64,000 nt of DNA from Azolla caroliniana (Eukaryota; Plantae; Polypodiophyta), in assembly GCA_043228905.1 (NCBI GenBank), contig JBHGNT010000016.1, positions 16,306,001-16,370,000 on the forward strand, given 5' to 3'. A model generated the notes under the pieces. That model saw nothing but the letters and a program-made list of their open reading frames with translations, was not told where the DNA came from and ran no database searches. Made by a program: the position numbers and the translations under genes. This document shows positions 47,528 through 59,143 of this stretch, in pieces. Position 1 is the stretch's first letter; every line of letters begins with the position of its first letter.

Positions 47528-49412
47528 ATGAAAAAATAAATCATGAAGTTTGAGTATAAGTAGAACTTATGTGATGGCTAATATACATTGATGATTGGCA
47601 TGGTGTGGTCATCATAAATTATTGCAATGAATACAAGGTCCCAATAGTGAGGGAGTTTATGTTTAGGACATGGATAATAAATAATGAAAATAATAATGGA
47701 TTTATTTCTCAACAATTTAATAAGATTGTTGGGCTTGAAAGTGTTGATTTCTTGTTATCGAATCATACTGCATTTTGAAGGATCATCCAAGTGGTTGACT
47801 AAGAAAGTTATGTGGTGAATGATTGTGTTATATTCATCCCAACTATCTTATATTTTGCCAAACATAATTCAATTGTTGTCACTCACCGTTTGCATTATTA
47901 AGGGGGCAATCATAGCTCAATCTAAATTGCAAACTTAGATGATTTGAAAGATACTCCTTCAAATGTGTTAACATATGATACTTCACATACTCATAAAACG
48001 ATTATGCGTATTTTGTGTGTGTATATGTCTATATATATATATATATACACACACACATGCAAAATACATATATATAAGACAGAGATAATATACATATTTC
48101 TTTGGTTCATCAACTACTTGCCCATGTATGTAAATCACCTCATCATATTTCGAAAAGTCAAATTGCTCAAGGTTTGGTCTTTTGTGAATTTGAACTATTG
48201 AAAATATTAATGATGAAATCATAACATGCTGTAGAACTTATTGTCAAATCTATTAAGTTTAGGTAATAATAATTCATATAAGCTATTTTACAAGCAATGG
48301 CACATTCTAAATTAACTTGCAATAATTTCTGAAATAGCCTTTGCATTTGTGGAAGTGATGAAACTCCACTAAACAATTTTGTAAATCACTTCAGAAGTTG
48401 TTGAAATGATTAAATCTCTTATTAATACAACTGACATCACAAGGACTTGGGTAAATTGAGTCAGAAACCCGTTAATGTCAGAAAGATAAACATTTAATTG
48501 GGTGTGTGGGAAGGTTGGAGTTCATGTCATGGGCTGAAAGGGACTAAAGAGTCAAAAATTCAAACTATTCTATTTACATAATGATATAGATGCCTCCTAA
48601 CTAGAAAGAAAATAGTTGAGAATCAACAATGATAATAAAAATTAATATGCATAAAGAGATATGAAGAATGGAAAGATATTATTTCAAATTGTTAAGAGTA
48701 AATGGTTGTTCGAACTAAAGATGGAGGTCCAAATCTCACTTAAGACCAAAAATACGATATAGCAGCCATGATGTTAAAACAAACTACACACATTGAACCA
48801 AGTCTTGTGCATAAATATGAATGCAAACACAAAGTTAAGTGATAGACAAGAAAGCTCCAAACTCTTATAAAAGATCTAGGCTAGGTTTTTTAGGTTCATT
48901 TTTTCCCATTGGTGAGCACTAAGTGATTTGAGTTTTTGCTTTTGTGGGAATCATGGAGCTCAAGGATAGAGGAAATGAAGAGTTGGGGTTCCAACTGTCT
49001 ACTTTGAAGTCATGAGATTTTTGAAATTATGAGGGTGTAAGCAGTTAGAGGAGATTAATCCAATGAGACCTGATCGAAATATGAACCCATCGACTTTGAT
49101 GCCTTTTTCTAACTCACCTTCAACCACCATCATAACTACGAGTCCCTACCACCACTCATCATCTTTCTTAGCAATCAGGGTGGATATTTCTTTCTACATT
49201 GTCAAAGTAAGAAATCCTCTCTTGCGTTCAATTTGGAATGTGGATCAACCTTGTAATTTATGTGACATTGCACCACTTCGAATGGCATGAGCGCATAACT
49301 AAGGTCACATCTTTGATTCCGAAATATAAGTTATGACAAGAATTTACATGTTAGGATGTTTGCAAGCTCCATGTTTCTCGTGTTGAGACTTGAATTCAAA
49401 GCGATGGTGGAG
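47528..49412 (+). repeat. Diverged direct repeat, copy 2 (downstream of AKR)
   Basis: Collinear with 43620-44880, with extra sequence at about 47600-48350. Confidence 0.85.
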
Positions 49413-49529
49413 CCAAGCCATTCTAGTCATCCTCAAAAAAAGCATGTGGTCGGAAGCTAATATTCTAGACAGATTACGAAAGGGAGGTCTTGAGAGTGAG
49501 ATTTCCCTTGTAAAAAGCCACCATGGATG

Positions 49530-50707
49530 TGATGGGAATATGGATCTGAATCAACATGATTTTAACTTCAAACACAATTAACACTAGATGAAACCACAAG
49601 ATGAAATGAGAGTACACCAAAATTTTAACGTGGAAAACCCAAAATAGGGAAAAACCAAGGGAGCCGTAGGTTTCAAACAACTTCACTATAATTTGGATTA
49701 CAATGAAATATGACCTCACTAGAGGGGTGTATCAACCTCAAGGCAACAGTCTTGGCAACCGTCTTGGCTACTCTCTTCACGCTATTGGGTGGACAAGACA
49801 ACAAAGGTTACAACTAAGTATAGTCTCTCTAGTTTTGAGCTAGAGGAAATGAACTAACCTCAAGGCAACAACCTTGGCTACTCTCTTCACCCTATTGGGT
49901 GGACAAGACAACAAAGATTACAACTAAGTATAGTCTCTCTAGTTTTGAGCTAGAGGAAATGAGCTAGCCTCAAGGCTACAACCTTGGCTACTATCTTCAC
50001 CCTAGTGGGTGGATAAATCAACAGAAAGTAGAAAGAAGAAGGGGAAAAACAAAGAACGAAGGAACCTGATATGAATGATAGAAGAGGCAGGTCACAAACA
50101 GTTCCTCGCATATCTCTTCTCTTCTGCAAAGCGCCCTTGCTCTTGCTCTGGTACTCGGGCATAGTGTCTCATCGTTTGTTGTTTTTCTCTCTTTGTTCTC
50201 TCACTTCTCTGTGTATACCATTGTCTCTATCTGTGTTGTCTCTGTATTCAAAGTTATCTCTGTTTTCTCTCTTTCACTCGGTGTCTCAATCTTTGAGTTC
50301 TATCATTATTTTCTCAGTGCTCTATTTCGTTTCTTATATGCTCTTTTTCAGCTCTCTGTCATGCTGTTTTGTGTTTGCCCCTCTTCCTTCAGGCTTGTAG
50401 AGTAACGTCTCTTTTCGTATTTGTTTTCACACCTGAACATACAGAAAAAAACACATCAAAACAACATAATAAAACATACATACATACATGTCCACATGTA
50501 TGTGTATATATTTGTAAATGGGTATATGTTAATATACTTAATTATAACTTTTCCCTTTTTCAGCCAAATCGGCACTCAACCGAATCGGCGCTTAGCTTGT
50601 AAGTGGCTGTCAACTGTCTCTCAATTTCATGTTGATTCTCAACCAGCTGTAAGTCGGCTCTCGACCTCAACCAGTTGTGGGCTCCACTTGAGTGGATAGA
50701 CCCAACA
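49530..50707 (-). mobile_element. Solo LTR (1178 bp) with internal tandem repeats of about 110 bp
   Basis: Minus-strand termini TGTTGGG...TTCCCATCA like family F, TSD GGATG on both sides, shared GGGTTTTCCACGT motif. Repeats at about 49735-50015. Confidence 0.85.
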
Positions 50708-51442
50708 GGATGGCCATCGTTTCATGCTGCAAACCACGCGAATGAAGGGTTACTCAAGAGCAACTAAACATGGATCCTTCTCACCAAACTCTATGGGATC
50801 CAAGCCTATAGGGTAGACGTTGAGCCATAAGTCTCACACGGATTCAGGTTTTCCTACCTTTTTCTCCTACATACACAAAAATTCTCGTCAATATTGGGCA
50901 ATCAAGTAGCATGCCACATCTCATTAGTATAAATTGCCCAATTACATATGATTCACTTGGCCAATATCTATTTCCACTTCCACACATATTGCTTAAAGTT
51001 TAAGAACAAAATGAGCTTCCTTTCATGACCTCTCTATTGTTAGCGACAAAATTGACCTTGGCTAGAATGCCGCTTTTATGGGCTTAGGAGCTTTGCCCGT
51101 TTCCTGGCTAACTGCTTGCCCATTTAAATATTAATTCATTTTTTGAGCAAGAAAAGAGAATGTTGAACCATATTTTCTCTTTTGTTTACTCATCATATTT
51201 TGGGGTTAAATATTTATGTCCAAGATCTACAAGGGTCTTTCCGTTTATTTGGAATGCTAATTTGTTCCCCCATGAGAATATCAAAACTCCTATGTAAAGC
51301 TTCCTCATCTCTTCGAGAAACTAAAACACTCATCCCAAGACCCCTAGACACTTAAAACCCATGTTTAAACTCACATAAACTACACACTTCGATAGACAAA
51401 TTAATGCTCACGTTTCTAGTGAAACATATACAATGTATAGTG

Positions 51443-51626
51443 ATATTGTGTAACCATCATTTACTAATAAAAACATCATGTCATACACATATATATTAGC
51501 AAATATATATGTGTATGACATGATGTTTTTATTAGTAAATGATGGTTACACAATATGGTTGTGCAATATCCAAATGTACATGGTAATAATATTACCATGT
51601 ACATTTGGACATTGCACAACCATATT
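51443..51626. repeat. Two abutting near-perfect palindromes
   Basis: 51443-51556 has 55-bp arms and a 4-nt loop. 51552-51626 has 37-bp arms, a 1-nt centre and one mismatch. Confidence 0.93.
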
Positions 51627-52774
51627 TACTCAATTATACAAGCCCAACACACACATTTACACACAAATAAAGTTGATGACGGGAGAACCCATGAGAAAGG
51701 TGTGAATGATGTAAGAACTTGAACTTGAGGAGATGGAGTTGATGCCTTTTTCCATGAAGGATTACGGAATTTGAATGGCTATGGTGGCGTCAATTATGAT
51801 TCATGCGATCTTTCCTCTTCAGTTTGTACAAGTATGCTTGTGAACGTCTATACTTTGTGTGTGATTATTAAGTAGTATGTTTAGGAAATACACTTGTGCT
51901 CCTCATAGTGTAATGGTGTGTTGATTAAACAACTTTCAAAGAGTCCACACATCTTTATCTCAACAAAGCAAAAAGAAAGTTTCCTCGTAGAATGTCATTC
52001 AATTCTGAGTGAGTTTGAAGTGGACGTGCTTATTTGCATCGCGATGACCATTGGGAGTTCAATTGGGATGCCGTTCTTTGGCATGAAGATTACATAGGGA
52101 TGTTCTTTGTCACGGCTCTTCATCATATATGAATTGGACTCAAGCATCGGCTATAATAGATGCAATGTATCTAATTGGTACTAAATGTTGTCACGAGGAT
52201 GGATAAACAATGTCATGCTTCAACTTGAGCCCATGCCTTCTTGTTAGAGATTATTTCTAGTCTAAGTATAAGATAAGAGAATAGATAAAAGATTGTAAAA
52301 AGAAAGAGAGAGAAAGAGCGGTGTCAAATCACCTGACCACCCCTGAGTGAGGGGATTGGGACTCACCCAAGCCTTGAATGACGTCCCATAACACTACCAT
52401 GACATTGAGTCTTACTTAGTATTGGCACACGCTCATCAGAAGAGTCGATTCACTACAAGATTACAATCTCAACATAATCGAATAATTTCTTCCATGGATA
52501 TCCAGGCCTCATATTTATAACCAAACCTAAGGCGTCCAGACAAGTTCGCACTTAGCCGCTTGTCACTATTTGATACAGAAACATTAAATAGTGAGAGCCC
52601 GTGCATCTAGGGCTTGAACGGCCCTGAACTCGTCTCGGGAATGTTAGACGATCAAGACTGTCCAATATTTTAGATCTACAAAAGAAAAGAAAAAGAAAAG
52701 GAAAATAGTTAAAATGTTTAAAAAAGTGAAATTTGGGGGGAAAGTAAAATAAAAAGTAGAGAAAATGAGAAAAA

Positions 52775-52815
<41 letters not shown>

Positions 52816-52892
52816 CAGGTTTTGGGGGGGAAATTTTTGAATCCTATTTCTCTTCTCTGCAAACTGTGTGAATCTCTCTCTCTCTCTCACTC

Positions 52893-54146
52893 CTAGAGAG
52901 ACAATGCCACCAAGCACACTTTCAAGAGCCACGGACTAAAGGGTGGCTCTTTGACTCATTAGTGACCCCCTCCCTCATGTATGCATCAGCAGTTTGGGCT
53001 CCAGGATTACCATCCTTCGTGTGGACGCAATTAGAGAGACCATTGGTGATGATGCTATCACGCCAACTCCGAAGCAAATCGACTGTACCACATGACATTA
53101 TTAGGGCCGAGTTCACGTTACCCCCAATGCTAGTAGAGGCACTTTTTCAACTTGTAGTCTTTATTGATAGGATACATAGCCAACCACATGATAGAATATC
53201 TCATCAAGCCTTTAAGGCCTCTCGATCATTGTATGAGTCCGGCTATACTAGCTCATGGTATGGCATGATGGTGACTTGGCTTCTTGCGAATGGTCTAGAC
53301 ATTAATAACCTACCTCCCCTTAGGTACAACCACACGAGTGATAACACCTTAATCTCTCATGAGAACCGCAATAAAGTAATACGCCAAGAAATATGGCAAA
53401 TTTACACTCGGTGTAAATGGATCACCCCACTAGAGCCACTCCCATCTAAAATGTCGTACTATAAGAAACACTTCATGCACTTCTCTGAGTTAGGTTTTAT
53501 CACACGGCCAAAATATCTAGATGTATTCTTACCACATGCACTACGGGTTGCCATTGGACAACTTAGAATATCGTCTCACCAACTTGAGATTGAAAATGGC
53601 CGTACTAGTGGAGTCCCTAGGGAGGAAAGGATATGTAGGTTATGTCACATAGAGATAGAGGATGAGTACCACTTTACATGCAAGTGTCCAACCTATGCCG
53701 AGATAAGGGCAAAATACCAAGACATACTTGGTCCGTCTCCCACCCTCCCCAAACTATTAGATACTCTAGATATAAAGAAATTAGGCAAATACATTCTAGA
53801 GCTAAAACAACACAGAGAGAATAAATTACAAAATGTTGACAATAATGTTGCTAATGATCACGAACATGTAACAAATGCAGTTTTTCAGGAACCTGAGGAG
53901 ACAACGAATGCCGACACACTTGCACCACCCGGCCTTTCCATTGATGAGGCAGAAAACCAGAGAAGAACCAGACGTCCTCGGGTGCCGGGTTTCAAAACAA
54001 CTCAACGTGATGTGGAAGCAATATTAAAAATAAGGGAACGTGAGCTACACCGCCTAGAAGCCATGGCTAGGGCACTCTCTACATTGGAACCCACATCAAG
54101 ACCCTTTGACCCCCCACTTCTTTTCGAGAGGCTTGGGTGGAAATAA
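52893..54146 (+). CDS. LINE ORF2 C-terminal part (post-RT thumb, CCHC finger, extension), 5'-truncated
   Basis: LFDSLVTPSLMYASAVW and LRISSHQLEIENGR...RICRLC...EDEYHFTCKC. No stops in more than 400 codons. Confidence 0.8.
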   Translation, partial: LERQCHQAHFQEPRTKGWLFDSLVTPSLMYASAVWAPGLPSFVWTQLERPLVMMLSRQLRSKSTVPHDIIRAEFTLPPMLVEALFQLVVFIDRIHSQPHDRISHQAFKASRSLYESGYTSSWYGMMVTWLLANGLDINNLPPLRYNHTSDNTLISHENRNKVIRQEIWQIYTRCKWITPLEPLPSKMSYYKKHFMHFSELGFITRPKYLDVFLPHALRVAIGQLRISSHQLEIENGRTSGVPREERICRLCHIEIEDEYHFTCKCPTYAEIRAKYQDILGPSPTLPKLLDTLDIKKLGKYILELKQHRENKLQNVDNNVANDHEHVTNAVFQEPEETTNADTLAPPGLSIDEAENQRRTRRPRVPGFKTTQRDVEAILKIRERELHRLEAMARALSTLEPTSRPFDPPLLFERLGWK

Positions 54147-54351
54147 AATTAGGCTTAGTGTATAGTCACTTTCGAGTATACTACATATTGTACACTACTA
54201 GAACTCTTTTAGTTTAAGTTCTATTTTTTTTTACTTAATTTTATTTTTAGTTATGATGACTGGATAAATACTCTATTGTTGTAAACCAATTGTCTCATGG
54301 GCCAAATTTGGCCTTAGAAGACGTTAATACATCTTTCTTTCTTTCTTTCTT

Positions 54352-54390
<39 letters not shown>
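52893..54390 (+). mobile_element. 5'-truncated RTE-X-like LINE with (TTTC)n(CT)n tail
   Basis: Open frame from about 52893, a 3' UTR, and a microsatellite tail at about 54331-54390. (CT)n also lies at the 5' junction. Confidence 0.75.
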
Positions 54391-54392
<2 letters not shown>

Positions 54393-55731
54393 TTGCTGCC
54401 TCTCGTGCTTTTATATTCTTTCATCAAGATTCTGATGAGTTGACTTGTAAAGTCTCTTCTGTCAGGTATTATGTCTCTCGAGCTTCCATGGTGACCTTGG
54501 AAAAAAAGCTCTCCTCATGAGAAAGAGTCGCGAGAGGGCATGGAAAGAGAAGACAAAGAAAGCTTCCATTGCGACCTGGTTCGATTGGGTGGCCCTTTGA
54601 CATGGAAACAGAGGCTAGAGATTTGCATCGGAGTATTGCCTCTCTCTGCAGCTCCAATATCCCAAATTCAAGGATGGCGTGCTCGTAAGCATTGTCACGG
54701 TGGGTTATGAGAAGGCCCATCAGCCCCTTGACACTTCTCCTAGACTCGAACCCGTCTGCATAGTGGTGCATTCATCGGACAAAAGTGGCAATGCAGCAGA
54801 TTGAGAGTAATGCCGGTACCCAAGAGGATATGGAGGATATTCCAATGAGTACCCTCTTCTCGCAGATAGTGAACCCTCAAGGAAGATGAGGAAAGGAATT
54901 CAATGTATGTATATGGCCCCGACTTTTCCTCATGATCAGTGGATGATGATATGTCTCATCACTGTTTCATTCCATTGTATTCCTATAAAAATTGTTATGA
55001 CACATTTAATGGTATGGTGTGTGTTGAATGTATATACCATATACATAATTTATCTCTATTCTTTTTATGAACAAAGAATCCTTGACTCTGTTTTTGTAAA
55101 CGCTCCACCACTCCCATGGTTGAAGCCAAAACTCTGATTGAGCGCGTGTGTGTGTCAAAGACAAAGAGAGAGTTATGAGAGTATGTGTGTGAGAGAATGA
55201 TTACCTTGTCTTGACATCATCCTCCTCTTGTGCTAGAAGAGCCTCGTCACATAATGTCGATGCCCATTCTGAAGGATGCTACAAACTAGCATGCTTTAGA
55301 TTCAGAAACACGGAGGAAGCGCACAGATGAAGCCCCCCCGAGAGAGAGAGAGAGAGAGAGAAACAGAGTAGGAGAAACGAGAAAATCAGAGAAACAGAGT
55401 AGGAGAAAGAGAGAGAGAATCAGAAAATCAGAAGAAGACGGAAGCCAAAAAACAGGGAGAGAGAGAGGAGGAGGTGTAGGAGAAACAGAGTAGGAGAAAC
55501 AAGAAAATGAGAGAAACAAAGTAGGACAAAATCAGAAAATCACAAGGAAAAGAAGGACGAGGAGGAGGAGACGTGAGAGGAGTAATTATTCGAGACTACA
55601 TCGAACATAAATGGGTAAGTGCTACAACAACATTATTCTTCGACGGCAAGCTCAAATGTCATCGTGTCTATTTCAGGTTAATCATCCTCCTATTAATTTC
55701 CTTTTTCTTATAATTGGGGCGTAGTATATAT

Positions 55732-57154
55732 ATGGAAGCAATGGATGAAGGAATAATTGAGAGACAAATACAAATTAAGAGAGGAGAAGGAGAAGATGAG
55801 ATTATCATGAAGAAACAAAAGATTGGCATTAATAATATGCATGAGGATATAGATATGATGCCAAGACCATCATATGCACATGTTATGGGAGAAGGTGAAG
55901 AGGAGAGGAATGCGCGATATTGGGATGTAATGCATGTAGTTGCTAATGAAGCACTACATGAGATTTTACCGGATACTACAGATATGGTGGCCAATGTAGA
56001 AGAGGATGAGATTGTTGAGGTGGAGATGCCACGTAGAGAAATCTTAAAGTCATTTTCCATGTTTCATGAGAGAGGCATTATTTGTTGCTTTACAGGGAAA
56101 AATCCTTCAGTAAATTGGGTGGTGCAATGGCTAAATGCAATGATTGGTAGAAATAGTGTGGAAGATGTGTATAAAGGTCCACGCGGGTTTTTTGAGGACA
56201 TTTTTCGAACCGAATAACGATGGGATAGATTGTTATCACATTTGCTTGTCTTTTACAATAATAATTTAGTTTATATTGTCCCTTGGAAACCACTAGCCAA
56301 GTTTCAAGAAATTTTGAAACAAGAGTGTCCAATATGGGTGGAGGTAGAGTGTAAATTTTCGTTTTTATGGCCTATAATTCAAGGTGTCATGGAACAATTG
56401 GGAAAGGTGATAGTAGCCCCAAATGCGAAAGCATATAATAGATATAGGTTATGTATGCTATGCAATACAACAAAAAAGAGACCTTTGTGGCTAAACATAA
56501 AGACTGAGGAGATGAGGTCATTCCGTTGCCAATTGCATTGGGGATCATTTGCCGGTCATTACTTTCGATGTAGTCATTTAGGCATTTCATGGCGGAATGT
56601 CATCAAACACCGGAAATGGAGGTGACTAATAATTCCCATGGTAATGAGTTAATGACAGACTCTATACTAAATGATAATGAGGTGTTGAAAAGTAAGGAGG
56701 CAAATGTGGAAAAAGTTAAGAGTGTTGTTATTTTGGAACATAATGACAAAGATATTCAAGAAAGAAGAAAAGATTAAATGGATGAGGGTGGATCTTGGAT
56801 TAAGGTGGCCTCTAAGGTAAATCATCCAAGGTACCAAAAAGACAAAGTTTATGCACATAATGGACAAAAGAGGGGTAGTTCCTCTAGGGATCCTATGGGG
56901 TTATCACATGCACATAATTACGATCAATTGAAAGGAAGGTCAACCTTAAGTTTGATAAGAACGATAGAATCAATTTACCATTAGAAAAACAAAATTGGAA
57001 AAGAGATAATTCATGGGGTACAATGGGATCCACCAATAAACATGGACCATCTGTGCAAAATGCATTTGCAGTCTTAACTGATTATTTTGGTGATATACCA
57101 AAGATATTGGCACAACGGGAACAAGAACAAGCCAAGAAGCAATATACTTCGTGA
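55732..57154 (+). pseudogene. L1-clade LINE ORF1
   Basis: GIICCFTG...GFFE, VPWKP, CPIWVE and a degenerate knuckle FRCSHLG. Stops and frameshifts. Confidence 0.75.
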
Positions 57155-57157
57155 GTG

Positions 57158-59140
57158 ATGAAGGTAGTCACATGGAATGTAAGGGGAATTTCTTCTCTGT
57201 CCAAGTAGTATGGTATGTGGAAAACTATCTTTAATAGTGAATGAGATATATTATGTGTATTAGAACATAAGGAGCATGCTAAGTCTGGGTCTTCTTTTCA
57301 TCATAAGCAGTATCACGTGTTTTATGTTGGAGTTAATGGGGGCCCTTATTCAGGTGTAATGCTTATTATAAGGGATAGCTTGAAACCGGTAGTGGTTCAA
57401 AGAGATGTACATGGCCGGTTATTGGTGGTTGAAGTTAATTATGAAGGGAAACTGATTCGGGTGGTTAGCATTTATGGATCGAATGTTGCAAGACATCGTA
57501 TGGAACTTCAGAGATGCTTAAATAAAGTTTTGCTTCATGGGAGATGATTTTTTTGTTAGGGGATTTTAATATGTGTGCTGAGGTGGGCCAATCTACTTCG
57601 ATGCATGGCTTGATGGATGCTCCCGAATGAGAGGTATGGGATTTGTTTATGATGGATGTCGTAAGGTATGATGCATGGACTTGGATCAATGGAAATGATG
57701 TTGGTTATACCTTTCAATCGGCACAACATAGATAAACTTGGAGTAGACTGGATCGCATTTATATTATGCATGATGATACATTCTTGCCAGAGTTTTTGAC
57801 TATGCAAGTGTATAGGGGGATTGGATCATCCGATCATTTCCCAGTTGTTTTGGAATGCAGACATCAAGCCGTGGATGGTTTTAGAGCTTTATTGGGAATA
57901 CAACCATTGAGATTTAATTCATCTTTCCTTGGACATGATAAATTTAAGCATGCTATGGGACAATTGGTGGGGGTGTTTACAAGACGAAGTCAATGTCCAC
58001 AATGTTTCGTCGTGGGATATTTGTCATTCTAATATTCAACTGTTTACACGATATTATGGAATTTATCAAATATCTATTCGTAAACAAAAGATGAGTTCGT
58101 TACAACACTTTCTAGATAGATGTAACTCATTGTTGGTAAAGATTACATTGGATGATGTGTTGTTGGATATTCAAGAGACGTTGTCATAGGCCTTACAAGT
58201 ATTAGAGGTTCGTAGTTATCAACAATCACGAGTGATGGCTATGAAAAATGAAATACATGATCACAACTGTAATTCACATAAGTTTGACCATGGGTTGCAA
58301 GCATCTCATGCTAGAATGAATGTGGTAAATGTAGAGATTGATGGAATTTTGGGCAAGATCGTATTATGAATGATGACATAACACAAGCGCAATCGATGTT
58401 ATTTAACTCAGTTAAGGTGAGTGGTGGGCAACATGATATGATTGCATTGGAGGAGGATATAAAGGAGGAGGAGGTGGAATATGTATTATCACATCTTGCA
58501 AGTGATAAAAGCCCGGGTTGGGATGACATTATGAATGAGTTTTTTAAAGCCTTTTTACATGAACTCAAAGCTCCTCTAATAATGATATTCTAAGAAATAT
58601 GAAGTTCTTGTAAAATGCCCGATTCATGGAAAGTTGGTTTGGTTAAACTTATACCAAATGTTGCATCTCCTACGTCTTTTGCCCAATGGAGGACGATATC
58701 ATGAATGGGTGGCATGAATAAGATTTTTGCCAAAGTAATTGCAAATAGACTTCAAAAGGTGTTGTCGTCTATGGTCCATCCAATGCAATATGGGTTTATT
58801 GAGGGAAGGGACATCTTGCATAATATTTTGAATGTGCAAATGGTAGTGGATTATGCAAAGGAATCCAAACAACATATGGTGGCTCGAAGATTCAATCTTT
58901 TGAAAGCTATGTGCATAGGTACCCAACCTTGGGCAGAAATAATTACTTATTTTGTGGAAAAGGTTGGTATTTACCATGGGAAAATGAGAATTACATCTTC
59001 GTGGTGGCATGTTGTTAATAGTACCCTGCAATTTAAGCGTTCAAAATCTAGTATGGTTCAATAGTTGGTGCTTTCTTGGCAGTGGTGTTTGAAGTTGTTT
59101 AATTGGAGGCCTCATGAGTGTAGAAAAGATATAAATTCTT
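57158..59140 (+). pseudogene. L1-clade LINE ORF2 (APE endonuclease and start of RT), degenerate and truncated
   Basis: MKVVTWNVRG, GDFN, SRLDRIY, SDHFPV, KSPGWD, KIFAKVIANRL, QYGFIEGRDI. Confidence 0.88.
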
Positions 59141-59143
59141 ATC

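Larger units (their letters stand above)
52189..55629 (-). mobile_element. Possible old LTR-derived element hosting the RTE-X LINE
   Basis: TGTCACG at 52189 and CTACAACA at 55629, flanks ATGT and ACAT (both derivable from ACGT), minus-strand TATAAATA near 52512-52519. Pairing of the ends is speculative. Confidence 0.3.

Noticed and set aside
54400-55630. Possible host exons
   Set aside because: No consistent splice or frame model and no recognisable protein motif.
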